DNA from: Camelus dromedarius
Lineage: Eukaryota
Direction of reading: 5' to 3'
Length of the DNA: 64,000 nucleotides
NCBI RefSeq assembly: GCF_036321535.1
Contig: NC_087436.1
Coordinates: forward strand, 30,568,001 to 30,632,000
Numbering within the stretch: position 1 is the first letter of the stretch; the number at the start of each line of letters is the position of its first letter. The notes beneath the pieces are model-generated. The model ran no database searches. It saw only the letters and a list, made by a program, of their open reading frames with translations, and had not been told where the DNA came from. Below, one piece after another: positions 38,000 through 52,204 of this stretch. The position numbers and the translations under genes were made by a program.

Positions 38000-39320
38000 A
38001 AAACTCACATTCCTTCTGGTCTTTTCCCTAAGTGCATTTTCTAGTTCACTGCAGAACAAAAAAGAGATTAAGTACAAAGTGAGAACCTCACTGGTTGCTA
38101 CATATAAAGGTTGGTGTTTGTGGTGTGTGCGCAAACACCTGGGACTCAACAGGCAAAATCTTGAAAAAGTAGGGAACCATGGAGAAGTGAGCCCAAAATC
38201 CATTTCAAATTTATTTTTGAAGCTATGTATGTCAAATGAACAGCTGTTCATGTGTAAGATGAAACTTCAAGAAACCCAGCAGAAGGCAGAAGCTGGTAGG
38301 CTAAAGACCTGAGCAGATATTTCTGCTGCTACACTATTCAGATGAGGCAGTGGATGGAGGTCTATCCCTTCCACGTAGAAGGGCTTTTACGAACAACTCG
38401 GGCTTTTCTTTGAAAACCTAGAACCTTCAATATTGTATGTGGAAATACTACGCTATTGAAGTAAAGATGAAATTGATGTATACCAGCCCTAAGCAAGTAT
38501 AAATTAAGTTCAGACAATGTCACACTGATCCACCTATTATCTTTCTGACTGCCAGAAAAAGTAAACAAACAAACATACTTAATTGTCTGTTGAGAATGAT
38601 GACATCATCCAGAATCAATGCAGATTTTCATATATGCAGCATTCAATCAAACCTTCTGAGGCATATTAAAATTCATGACTAAATAGTCAAAAACAAAGTT
38701 TAAACAGAAAATAGAAACATAACTAAGGTTGACTCACATATCAGTATAATCAGACATATAATTTAAAATAACCATAAAAATATGGTAAAAAAAAAGGGAG
38801 GAAAGGAATTTGTCAGAGATTGGAAGTCAATAAAAATAAGAAATCAAATAAAACTTTCAGAGTAAATATACAAAATATATAATTTATATATATATACACA
38901 CAAATAAAAGAACTATAACAATTTAATAGTGAGTACAAATAGCAGACTAAACACTAGACACAATAGGAAAGATGATTAGTAAACTGAAGGATAGAGAAAA
39001 GGAAGATGCTCTACAAGCTATAGTATAAAAATATTAAGTGGAAAACAATAAAACAAACTAAGAGACATTTGGGACACAGTGAAACATTTTAAAAATGTAT
39101 AATTGGAGTCATAGAAGGAGAAGAGAAAGACCTTGAGACAGAAGCAATTTAAGAAGCAGTATCTGAGAATATTTAAAAAAATGGGCAAAGGATATCAAAT
39201 TATTCATTTAAGAAGCTGCATGAATCCCTTCAAGCTAGAAAATCTGCTCCCCTCACACACAACCATAAGCATTCACAGTCAAATGCGTGTAGACAAAGAA
39301 ATATTAAATGTTATAAACAC
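38000..39320 (+). mobile_element. Ancient L1 5' UTR/ORF1 region (L1ME/MD-type, tentative)
   Basis: ORF1-like remnants: agagacatttgggacacagtgaaac...gtataattggagtcatagaaggagaagaga...aatatttaaaaaaatggg. Confidence 0.55.
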
Positions 39321-42300
39321 ATTTTTTAAATGATTTTGTCACAGTGTATTTGGCTAGCACACTTTAATGGTCACAAATTGTTTCCAAATTGCTATTATGA
39401 AAAAATCTGATATGAATATATCTGTACTTAACTCTTTTTATTCATTTCCACTTAGAATATGTACATATTGCTAAAACACTGAAAAAGTTGTTAATTTCAA
39501 TAATCTCAATAACTATGCATTTATAACTCTAATATATAGTAATGGTTTTATCAGTATTTTTATTTTTTGCCAATCTGAAAGTCAATCAATTATATCTCTT
39601 TATTAACATTTGCACATCTTTATTTTCACAAATTTGATTAGTCCATATAGATTTGTTATATGTTTAAATTTTTTTCATCAACAAAGTATCATTTTAGCCT
39701 TTTATGACTTACGAGATTTTCTAATTTATAGATGTAAAGAAATATTTTATTAGGAATATTAAACTTTCTTCTTTATATAGATATTATTATTAATGATTTT
39801 TCTGACAGGATACAATTGACCTAATGTCTTTGTGTCCTATATGGTTTCTGAATTTGATGTTTTATGATTTCTGGATTGAGTATTTTGATCAGAAAGATTT
39901 CTAAATCATTAAAATAACACTTGGTATTTACATTTAAAGTTTCAAGTTACGTACTTCTATTTTTTCCATCTAGATACATTCTCAAAATAGGAATGAGCTA
40001 GAAACATATATTTGAGATATTTTGTTTCTCTTGTGAACTGGACATTTTTTCCTCATTATTTGTTTTATTCATTTCCCCCTAGAATGTTGTATCTGTGCAT
40101 TTACCTTTTATAATTACATTGTTTGAGTTTAGAATTTTTATGCATGACAACATTTCAGCACTTTAACAGTTTCATTTCATTGTTGCTTAGTTCTGTGGAC
40201 AAGTAGGCTGCTAGTATTTTTTTTTTCTATTACAGCTAAAGGCTATGTTTTTTCATCTGTCTGTTTATAAGATTTTTATCTGTACTTTTTTTCTCATTTT
40301 TAGAACTTAATGTACCTAGCTATGTGTTTATGCTCATGTGTGTTACTTTGTGTATTTTTTGTATATAAGCTGATAGTGGTGCATATTCCTAAATATACAC
40401 CTATTTCTGCACATATTACTGAATATGTGGCTTAATTTACTGCGTCAGTTTTCAACATTTTCTTTCCATGATATATCTGCTCAAATATTGCTCTTGAGGT
40501 ATTCAAGTTATTCCCGCTATTTCATCCAACCCAGGATTTCAGGTAAATGTGTGTTAGAACCTTCCCACAGATGCTAAATGCCCCTTATTTCCTGTTTAAT
40601 ATTTGCAATCCATTCTTCTCTTTATGACTTGGCTGAGATATTATCAGTAGATCTATCTCAATTTTCTAGTCCTTCCTTCTGCCATATCAAATCTAAAGAT
40701 TCTTAAGTTTCAGTTATTTTATCATTAAGTTCTAAGATTTCTGTTTGGATCTTTTTTGTTTGTTTTGCATTCATTCCTTTTCTAGTTCTCACTTAATGGA
40801 GCTCTGAATGTGGTAACAGGGTGCCCAGTGCAGTGCTAATTGACTGCAGTGTTCTCAGAGGCGCAACGGTATCTTTGGGGAAGAAGGTGTGTAATAAAGG
40901 CATCTGCCTTTGACTTGAGGCTTCTGGCTCAGAAAGACACCTAATTTCTGAGTCTTTTCTTTTCTAATATAAATGTTTTATTTTTATTGTGTATGTGTGT
41001 GTATGTGTGTGTTTGGTACCTGAGATTATTTGATAATCTTTTCTCTCCTGCTTTCCTATTTTCCCCTTAATTTATTTAATGCTTTTTATTAAAACTAAAA
41101 TAGAAATCAGGATAAGGACATTTTCTCTGCCAAGTCTTCTTAGAAAAAAAATTATTATCCTTTAAATTGCTTCTAGAAGGCCTAACTGAACAGAGAGGTG
41201 AGTTCATGAATGACTAATTAACGTGGAAGCCAGTACTCTCGAGAACATATTGTAATACCAAGCAGGTCAAAAAATGTGTGCTGAATTATTGTTATGATAA
41301 TTATCCTCCACTGAATTTATCTTGGTGTTAAAAAGTAATAATAAAAATCTTGAATAGGTAGAATAATTACACTTAACTGCTGTAATTAATAAATTAATTT
41401 TAGAAAATGATTCGTATCAGGAATGAGTTATAATGACTGAAATTGAAAACCTCTGTGCTAACACTTTCTACAACTTTTTAACAAATTGTGTTTAAATCAT
41501 TATTAAGAAGAATATTTTTCTGGCTTTACTTTTTTGTATCTTAGTTTTGATTCTTATAACTACCCAATTTTAATATATAATCAATGTCTTCATATTATAA
41601 GAAGGTACAAAGCAAATTCACTTCTAGGAACAGTTACACTCATTCACAGGGAAAATTATGATTTACTGTATGTCCCCAGATATACATAAGTCAGTGCAAG
41701 CACACACAAAGGCTGTACTACACTTGGCACATGAACGCCACTTGCATAGACAGATTCTATTTCTTATCACTAAAGCTTCTAGAAACTTCACATAGACTGG
41801 GGTAACTTTAATTCAATATTAATCTGTATACTCATCCAAAATTCTACAATAATATTGGATAGAATTCATATAACTAGGGAAGGTAGCATTTCAGTCAATT
41901 ATTTTTGACTGGAAATTTTATTTAAGAACATTTTATAACTTTAAAGTAACTTGCTTTAAACATTCATTGGTCCATATTTCTTAAAACTTCCCAAATTCTG
42001 TGAGAATTTTAACTGGACAGCCGCTAAGGCCATGAGAACTTACAGGAGCTGAACTAGTGAAGGAATAAGGTGTCTGATCTTTCTCTACCATTAGATTCTT
42101 TAGAATCATCAGTGGGTTTCTGTAAAATCTATCAAAAATGTGTACTATGTTAATGTTTCCTTATGTTATAATAAAACAAATATAATAATCTCACAAAAGA
42201 TATTTTGGAAATGTTAAAATAGATTAACAATCTAGGTAACATAATCATACTATTATAATTAAACATTTCCACATGTAACATGCTATAGAAGACTTACAAT

Positions 42301-44649
42301 CTCAGAAACAATGGAAACACAATGAGCACATATTGCTTCAGTGCAATTTTATTTCAGAGAATAATGATCCCTTTATCTATTTCCATGGCCAGGGAGAATG
42401 CCTGGATTATCAGTACAGCTCTTCTCCTTTCCTCCCTTCCTCCTTTCTTCTATTTTTCTTTTTCTGTTGAATTTGTTCTTTCATTCTTTTTTCCTGCCAA
42501 TTACAATTCCAACACTGTCTTATGCTCTATACTGTTCACTGTTGAGATTTGACAAGTTTATGTACCAGAGAATAATGAATGCTAAAATGAAAATGGAAAT
42601 ATGCTCAATACCAGCTGAATTTCCATTTAAAATAATGCTCCCTCTCTTGCTTTTAAGAAAGACACTCTTCTTTCTCTTTTTTAATAGTAATTTTAAGTAG
42701 ATATGAAAATGAAAGTAAAAAGATTGAAAGAAAGTTTGCAATAAAGAATATCAAATGAAAAACTAACAACAGTATAATTGGTGGAAATATAACACAATTT
42801 CACATACTTTATTCACATACACTCATTACTAAGAATGGATGGATACTAAGTATCTACAGTGTTAGAAGGTGGCAACGAAAGTGAAATTAACCCCTATTTA
42901 AGATTATTGAAAATTAGTGTTAATTTAATTGACAGTTAATTTCACCACAGTCATAAATTAATTCAACCTTATGCTTGGTTTTCAATTTCTCATGCACATG
43001 ACATGTAGCGGCAATAAAAGCTAAATAAAGACAGACTCAGATACTGACATCTGCAATACAAGCTTAGAAGCCAACTATCCTCATCATGAGTTATTTCTTT
43101 AAAAAATATATTCAGCCAGCATGGCTGAATTCAAAAGTATTTTGCTTTTTGTTTTATTGAAATGTATCTACACAAACAACCTACCTTTCTAGCATTTGTT
43201 TATATTGGGTGAATAACTAGGATTCCAGGTTTACATTAAAGCAAGTGCTCCTAGTGTGTTAACTTTATATCATATTTCTCCATAGCTAATTTTACTCGTT
43301 GTGCATTTCCTTTCAGATCATTAAAGGTTTACTATAAACAAAACTAATAGCACCATTCATGCTAAACTTCTCAACTGTCACATTCATGAGTTTACAATAG
43401 CTAGTAGAACCAAAGACATTTGGAAAATTAACATTTCATGTGTTTCATACTTCTTGACTATTATTAATTTGTCTTTTTGTCCCCAATTTTAAATAAGGCA
43501 TTTTATATTCTATTTGGGACCCCATAAAAGTTGAATATCAGATTTTTAAAGATACTTTGCACAGGCAAATATTGTCAAATAACATTAAAATAAAGGGATC
43601 ACTTATAGTAAACCTGATGTTTGACAATTGACAAGGTTGCCTAATTTACCTAGTGGCTCTGACTGTAAGATGCTCTCTCTCTGAATGCATACACACTCAG
43701 ACAAAGACACATGGGAAAATAGAATAGTATAGTTATAATTGCAAGCTATCTAGAAAACTATCAGTCTGACATTTCTTCCCATTCCATTCTAAAATATACT
43801 ATAATTGAAAAGAGAATCCCAAGATATACTTTGCCAATGAAAGAGTTACTCAATTTAATCACTTCAACTTCAGTGCCTAGTAACAGGGGTGGGAGTTGGA
43901 GTGGAAGGGGCAGTAATACTTTCAGACTTTGTTTAATTTTGTCATAACAGGATTTTTTCTTACGTACCTATTTGTGACCTCAGCTCCTGCTGCAAAGGAA
44001 AGTGGGATTTACAATATGATAGTTTAAATTCAAAGAAATGGCTTCAGACACATTTGCTTGATAAGGAAGCACTACATATTAAAAGATACAAGTGCATGCT
44101 CTTTGCTGTCTCTTTCACTTTCTGTTATTTGTTGTTGAGGGATTGGCTCACTGCAGTTCCTCTCTGGCAGTTTCTTGAAATTCCTTCTCCCATATGACTA
44201 GCCAGATGGTGATAAAACCCTGTATTACCCAGGCATTTTTTATTGTAGTGGAAACCCAAACAATATTGCTTCAGTTAAAATTAAAAATAAAATTGACTTA
44301 TCTAATCAAAAAGTACTGATTTCAGGTAAAGCAAATCCAAAGTCCCAATGATATTCTGAGAGTTCTGTCATGGATACACTCTTTGTCTTTTAGATTGCCA
44401 CTATCAATTTGATTTATCAGCCTATCAAAAAGAGAAAGACTTTTCTAAAAACTATGGTGAGAAGTTTCTGGTAAAATGCTGGCCCCGCTTTGGTCCATTC
44501 CCCAAACACGTAGACTCGGGCTTAGCCTGCTCTGATTGACCATGCCTTTTATGTCCACTATTTCACTAGAGGCCAAACAGAGAAGCCTCAACCATCTCAT
44601 GTGGGATAGGTAATACAAAGGAATGAGTAGTTAAGCATCCAATTATATC

Positions 44650-45145
44650 ATTTAGTTATTTATGTGTAATGAAACTTTTGGAAAATTAGTGGCTTAAAAC
44701 AAACATTTATTATTTCTTTTAAGTCTATGGACATCTGGGTGATTATCTATCACAACCTGATTCAGCTAATCTAAACTGTCCTTTTTCTTATGTCTGCAGT
44801 TATCTGTTGGGTCAAGTGGATCTGAGTCATGTAAGATGGTCTTGGGTGTTATGACTCAGCTCTGCTCCATGAGGTATCTTATCCTCCAATAGGAGAGTCT
44901 GGACCTGTTCTCATGGCAGGGGCAGGTACTTACAGGAGGAAGTGGAAAGTGGACAAGCCTCTTGAGGTCTATTGTGAAACTGGCTTGTCAGATCTCCTGC
45001 ATTCTGTTTGCCAGGCAAGTCCAGATTCAGAGATAGAGAACGAGACTTTGCTTATTTGATGGGAGGAGCTGCAAAGTTATAGTGTGAAGGGCACTGATAG
45101 AGGAGTTACTGGAAAATTGGAACGTTAGTACAATTAATCCTAAAC
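44650..45145 (-). mobile_element. MLT1 (F/H-like) MaLR LTR
   Basis: aaattagtggcttaaaacaaacatttattatttct...gactcagctctgctccatg...aagcctcttgaggtct...ttgatgggaggagctgcaaag. Confidence 0.7.
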
Positions 45146-45239
45146 ATCAAAAAAGGAAGAAAGTAATCCTGGGCAGAAAAAATAAAGCTTAAAAGGTGTC
45201 TTTATTGTTAACTTCAAATTTGCATTACTATCAATTACG

Positions 45240-46183
45240 TATCTGATAAGAGTTAATATCCAAAATATAAAGAACTCATAAAACTCAAGAGCATAAAACT
45301 GAGTAATTCAACTTAAAAGTAGGCAAAGGATCTGAACAGATATTTTTCCAAATAAATGCCTGCAAAGATATGGAAAAAAGGGAAACCTTGTGCACTGTTG
45401 GTGAGAATGCAAACTGGTACAGTCACTATAAAAACCAGTATGGAGGTGCCTCAAAAAATTAAAAATAGAAATACCATATGATCTAGCAATTCCACTTCGA
45501 GGTATATACCTGAAGGTAATGAAATCACTTTGTCAAAGAGATATCTGAACTTCCATTTTCACTGCAGTATTATTTACAAAAGGCAATGTGTGGAAACAAC
45601 CTAAGTATCCATCAACAGATAACTGGGAAAAAAAGAAGTGGTGTATGTACACAATGAATACTATTCAGGCATAAGAAGGAAGGACATTTTACCATCTGTG
45701 ACAAAATGAATGGACCTTTAGGGCATTATACTAAGTAAAATAAGTTAGATAAAGAAAAACAAATACTATATGATCTTACTTACATGTGGAATCAGAATTT
45801 CTCAGAATCTCAGAGAAAATGCAGAATAAGAGATCAGATTTGTGATTGCCAGAGGTAGGGGGTAAGGAGTGGGAGAATTGGATGAAGGTGGTCAAAAGAT
45901 ACAAACTTCCAGTTATAAGATATATAAGTACTAGGAATGTAATGTACAACATGATGACTATAGTTAACAATGCTCTATGCTATATATGAAAGCTGCTAAG
46001 AGAGTAGATCCTAAAAGATTTCATCATAAAGAAAAAAATTCTGAATATATGAGGTAACAGATGTTAACTAAATTTACTGTAATCATTCTGCAATATATAC
46101 ATATGTCAACTTATTAAGTTTTACACTTTAAATTTACACAGTGTTGTATATCAATTACATCTCAATAAAACTGGAAGAAAAAA
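45240..46183 (+). mobile_element. L1 (L1MA-like) ORF2 end + 3' UTR, with an internal deletion near 45352
   Basis: atctgataagagttaatatccaaaatataaagaactc; accatatgatctagcaattccactt; ends tatatcaattacatctcaataaaactggaagaaaaaa. Confidence 0.85.
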
Positions 46184-46718
46184 GCTTAGATTGTGACATT
46201 TGTGATTGAAGGTCATGTTTGAGCCTTTGGCCTAAGATACATACCCAACTCAGCTTTAAAAAGCTCTGTATTGAATTCTTCCCACAAAAATATCAATACC
46301 TCAAAGATAATGAAACAGTATCTTGTTTCCAATTTGTTTTCTGTGTCATGCCTATAGCTTCCTCAACAGCCCTACACGCAGCCTATACTTGTCAGGGAAG
46401 GTGTGGGCATTCTTGTGTCACCGGCCATTAAAAATCAAAACCTTCCTCTGGTTTCTAACATTGTCTGAAATATCAATCCCAGACACTGTCTGAGTTCTAT
46501 AATTCATCTGTGGCTATTTACAAAAAGTAACTTTTTTAATCCTCAGATAACTCAGTAAATTATAAACCTGTTTTTGATCATTCTTCTTTCAAGCAAGAAA
46601 ATGAACCTTCCCAATCATCAATCTAAGCAAACTGTGGGGCACTTTGGGGAGGGCAGGCTTACTGACACTTTTCAATTAAACACAGAGATTATATGGAAGA
46701 ATAGGAACAATAATACTG

Positions 46719-47542
46719 ATGCAAATCAAAACTGCAATGAGGTATCACCTCACACCAGTCAGAATGGCCATCATTCAAAAGTCCAAAAATGACAAATGCT
46801 GGAGATGCTGTGGAGAAAAGGGAACCCTCCTACACTGCTGGTGGGAATGCAGTTTGGTGCAGCCACTGTGAAAGACAGTATGGAGATTCCTCAAAAGACT
46901 AGGAATAGACTTACCATATGACCCAGTAATCTCACTCCTGGGCATATATCCAGAAGGAACCCTACTTCAAAATGACATCTGTACCCCAATGTTCATAGCA
47001 ACACTATTTATAACAGCCAAGACATGGAAACAGCCTAAATGTCCATCAACAGATGACTGGATAAAGAAGATGTGGTATATTTATACAATGGAATACTATT
47101 CAGCCATAAAAACTGACAACATAATGCAATTTGCAGCAACATGGATGTCTTTGGAGAATGTGATTCTAAGTGAAGTAAGCCAGAAAGACAAAGAAAAATA
47201 CCATATGAGATCGCTCATCTGTGGAATCTAAAAAAAATTTTAAAAAGAACTTATATACAAAACAGAAACAGATTCATAGACACAGAATGCAAACTTGTGG
47301 TTGCCAAGGTGGTGGGGGGTGGGAAGGGATAGACTGGGATTTCAAAATGTAGAACAGATAAACAAGATTATACTGTATAGCACAGGGAAATGTATACAAG
47401 ATCTTGTGGTAGCTCACACCAAAATAAAATATGACAATGAATATATGTATGTTCATGTATAACTGAAAAATTGTATTCTACACTGGAATTTGACACAACA
47501 TTGTAAAATGACTATAACTCAGTAAAAAAAATTAAAAAAAAA
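46719..47542 (+). mobile_element. Young camelid-type 5'-truncated L1 (ORF2 from MQIK + 3' UTR + polyA)
   Basis: ORF 46989-47231 is the ORF2 C-terminus (…[10 protein letters not shown]), nearly identical to 8786-9349. 14-bp TSD gaacaataatactg at 46705-46718 and 47543-47556. Confidence 0.93.
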
Positions 47543-47817
47543 GAACAATAATACTGGAGCAAAGAAGTCTAAGGAAGTCTTTCTCATCATGACTTAAAAT
47601 AGAGTTAGTGCTTGAAAAGCAGGGCATCCCAAGGAAAGGTTAGATCCAAAGGATAAGTGCTCTAAATTAACAAAATTTCCTACTTTTATGTTATTGCCAA
47701 GATGATAATAATTAGGGCATTGATACCAACAGTTCTATTTATTTGTTCTCATTTTCTTATGTTCACATGGTCATATATTTTCTGTGGTCTCCTGGAAATC
47801 TGATGCAATTAAGATTC

Positions 47818-47898
47818 ATACACACATATATATACATATATAATATATATATATATATTATACATATATAATATATATATATGTATATATATGTAATA
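47818..47898. repeat. (TA)n-rich degenerate microsatellite
   Basis: Seen directly. Confidence 0.85.
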
Positions 47899-49809
47899 TT
47901 AATTTTAAAATAGGGAATATTTGTTTAAATGTATCATTTTATTACTTGTTTTATTACTTGTTTGAACAAAATAGTGTCGTATTTAATTATGTAACAGCAA
48001 AGGAAACACTGACTGTCAGTGTAGTGATAAATAGGTTTTATTTTTTACGGTCTACTATTACACATTTTTCACTATTTTAAAAGGATGTTAAGAAAATTCA
48101 TTAATAAATTCATTAGAAGAGGGGATATCTTGAAGGCCATAATGCTGGTAAGTCTGACTTATGTTTCAAATCTTTCAAAGGAATAACATCTTATTTATGC
48201 CCATATCTAGAAGTACAAAAGAAAATGCTTAATATCTTTAACTTTGTAATGTTATGCTTTGTATGTTTAATTCAACAAATAAATTGTCATGTATAAGTTG
48301 TTTAGCATAGCATCCCAACTAAATGTATTTCCTAGAATCTTCCCCACTAAAACGAGAATATCAATTAGTAAAACTTGAGAAACAAATACTAGTGGAAGAA
48401 GTCTTGCATTTTCCCTTGTTTCAATATAATAATATGATCCAAACAGACCACTATTTTCTTTACAGAGTATCAGCTTGTCAGAATCGACTTCTTGTATTAT
48501 TGTTCATTACTAGGATACTAGCTGGTGTGCAAAAGAGATGACCTAATCTCTACGCTGACAAAATGGAAGCTCTTATGCTAGCAGCAAAGAATACCACAAG
48601 TACGACATTTTATGGAGGCCTTAATTCACTTTCTACCCATGTTAGTCTATAAACTAGAAGAATAATTTATTTTGTGGAATAAATTTTCTCAAGCAAAGAT
48701 TCAATTCTATAAAGTTATTATGTTTAAATATTGCCATTGAGACATAAATGTTCTATCATACTAAGAGCAGAGACAACCAGCACCTTTGACCCCCCCAAAT
48801 AAAAATAAATTACTTAATTCATGAAATCCAAATGGGATACAAAGTAATTGAAATAGAAAAAACAGAAGAAAACTGGATTTAAAGATTTAAATAATGATGA
48901 GGTTAAAAGTTACTGTCATTTCTCAGTAATTTATTTCTTCTCTGTAGATATGTATTTTATTTTACATTCTGAGTAAATTAGTATACCGACAATGTTTTTT
49001 TTTAATATTCTTTCATATATCTGGTAATTCAGACAGCACTACCATGTTTGTAAACACCTTCTCATATAGAAGAGAGATGAAAAACTCTATACAATGCAAG
49101 AACAAAATGCTTTATATGCATTTTCTGGATAGTTCAATTATCAGAGATTGGCTTTTATTTTTCACGAGAACACTTTTATTAACTGCACTGACTTCACTTC
49201 CACCTGTAATATATCATATGTATTTGGAGCCTAAAGACACATTACATGTAAGGCTGAAATTACTACTAAATGATTAAAAAAAATCAGAGAAATGCATGCA
49301 TTCATTGCAATTACTATGTTACTACTCAGTATACTTGATAAGCAGTACGTTATATTGAGCTCCCTGAGCTTTCCGTCCTCTTGTTCATCTAGTTGATTAA
49401 CAAGTTGGCATTAGCTCAAAACTCTTGTCAGACTCACTGTGATATGACACCCTGTACAGTATTTAGGAATACAATGAGTTTTATGTTTTTACTTTTGATT
49501 AAAATTTGAAAATGTTGTTAATGCAATACTGCTACTTCAAAAATAGAAAAAAAAAAAAAAGCCTGAGTTATTACTGGTCAGGCTTGATTTTCGGTTGAAT
49601 TTTTAAAAAGTTAATTTTATTTTAAGACTATTTTAATGCCCCTAAATCCTGATATTTGCAATGTCAAAGTAATTAAAGTGAAATAAGTCCATCATTTCTC
49701 AGGCAAATTTAAGCAAAATTGAACATTTTAAGTGTATTTGATTTGGCCACTACTGAGGTGACCAGGTTTTCTCGTCATCTGTGTATGTGATAGCATGTTC
49801 ACTTTTTGA

Positions 49810-49915
49810 ATAAGAAGAGGAAAAAGAGGATGCAGGACAAGGAAGAAGGAGAAGAAGAGGAGGCAAAGGAAGATGGTGGGGAGTAGAAGAAGAAAGAAAG
49901 AATGGGGACAAGGAA
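49810..49915 (+). repeat. Purine (GA)-rich low-complexity tract
   Basis: aagaagaggaaaaagagg...ggaagaaggagaagaagaggagg...agaagaagaaagaaag. Confidence 0.8.
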
Positions 49916-51699
49916 TCCAGATGACTTAAAAGATACTACTTAGCTATCAGAGCATGTAAAACTAAATCTATACAACATAGCACTAAATTAACATTGAGAT
50001 GTAGCTAATTATTTTAGTGTAGAGGTTTATTCTGGATTCAAGTCTCAATGAGTTACTTTGATATCTGAGATTTTTCTAGTTTGTGTTTTGCTTTTAATCC
50101 AATGAATATTTATTCTTCCTGTGTACATAAATTCTGCTCCAGTGATTCATAGTTTATGCATGTGCATGCAATGGAAGTGGAAAACTAGTCAGTTATTAAG
50201 CTAACTTACCGCTGATCGCTGATGCTACTTGACACAGCTCAATTTGGCCATATTATTTTTAGATAAGTTTCATAGTTTTTTTCCCTCTGCTTGACTTGTC
50301 ATAAGTAAATGTAAAATTATACTATATGCCATTAGAGAGAAAAAGTGATATCAATTTTTGTAGGAATTAACAAATAACATATTCATATATATTGTGTGCA
50401 GATGGAAAGAATAGGCATTTATATGTATAATTATATTGATATCTGGATATTTTTATTACTATTTATGTGGCATCAGATCATTCTGACATTTGTGATAATG
50501 GTCAAATAATTGAAATGCCAATTCAGTGAGATTATTTCACATATATTTACGTAGTTTGAGTCTCATGCAGTTTTTCATTCTACAAAATGATACAGACATC
50601 CTACCTGATGTGCAAACAATCTGGAATTAAAACTGATCACTTTGCAAAATAATTAGAAAGATAATGTGTATCCTTGATAAATTATCGGGTTTATTTTCTC
50701 CCCCATGGTGACAATTTCATGGCATCTTACATTCTTGAAATTTTCTGGAGAAAGCTTCTACTTAAGTACATTTTAAACAGATGCAAAGTTTTTGAGCTCT
50801 TATGGTACCATATCTGAACTCTGTTTTTGTCAACAGTAGCAAAATATGTGGCTCATTACGTTATCCAGGCTGAAGCAAAACTGAAAATGCAACAAATTGA
50901 ACAACAAAAAGGATCTTAATTATCAAAAAAATTTTAAGTATCTATTAGTAGCTCTTTCTATCACAACTTCTGGTTTCTGCATTGCCACATCACTGACTTT
51001 CATCAAAAGCAATTACAAGCATCCATTCCACCATAACACCACAGAAGCGGGAATATGACCAACTTTTCAGCTCATTCATGCTGTGCTAGAATTCACTCTT
51101 TACATTATAATTACGTAGGCGATTAGAAAATTTGTGGCTAAATCTAACCTGACTCAAAACCTGACCATAAATCTGATTATAAATAGCATAAATTTAAACT
51201 CCTATACATATATTCTCAAGAACAGTTTAACTGACATTTCTGAAAATCTAAAATTCTCATTGCTTGTAAATTTAGACTATTTTACAAATATGTGAAAAGT
51301 TTTATCAAAATATATAAAATTTGAATTGTTATTTTAATTGTGGGGTACACACCATATGTTACCTTCTCATATGTTTTCCAATAAAATAAGATTTGTTAGG
51401 ATGCAAGAGTTGGATTCTTCTACAGTATAATGCATAATATATATATAAAATCTGCACAACTGAAAAAGAATTAATATATGCTACTTTATTACTATACAGG
51501 TTTATAGCAGACTATCTCTATTATGTCACGGATTATACAGATTTCAAAGAGAAGTGGGATTTCTACCTACTAACTACTACTCATATGTATTTACCACCTA
51601 GTTTTCTGTTTTCCCCAAAGCAGTTACCAATGCATACTTATGTCTGAATATTTACATCCACACTATTTCTTCAAATCAAATAATTAAGCTCACCCACTT

Positions 51700-52204
51700 G
51701 TTGACCAAGGAAGCAATTAAAGTTCCCCTCAATTTGACTAAACTTTAGACAGGTTTCTGATGATAGGTCCCTGACTTCCCTTTTCTTAGAGTATTTACTT
51801 CAGAAAACTTTCAATTATAAATCTTGCTTCTTTGAGAAGTAAATCTTCTACAACCCAAAAATGTCTTTATCAAGGGCCTAGGAGCTATCCCTTTGAATGC
51901 AATTATTGAAGGCGATATTACCCCTGTCGCTGATTCTTTGTGGGAGTGTAGGAGTCTAACGTCAACAAATTACAATGAGCAAACACAGATGGTCTAATCA
52001 CATTGCCCCACCTTCCTCCAGTGTCCTCTTATACTCTTCCATTAGCTCACCCCAGCATTAAAAAATTGTCCTGCCTTTTGTTTCAGTGGAGTTGAGTTTA
52101 ATCTCTTTCCCTATTGTGATAGTCTTAACTCCTACTGTAATAGTCTTGAACAAAGTCTTTCTTGACCTTTTTTAACAAGTGTTGAGTGCAATTTTCCTTT
52201 TATA
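51700..52204 (+). mobile_element. ERV1 solo LTR (MER67/MER31 group, tentative)
   Basis: ttgactaaactttagacaggttt...ttttcttagagtatttacttcagaaaactt...gcaaacacagatggtctaatcacattg...ttttgtttcagtggagttgagt. Confidence 0.6.

Noticed and set aside
46222..46240. gcctttggcctaagat resembling the U2 snRNA 5' end
   Set aside because: Only a short imperfect match with no continuation.
50204..50290. Strong minus-strand donor GCG|GTAAGT with nearby CpGs
   Set aside because: No convincing acceptor, and the upstream frames are closed by stops.
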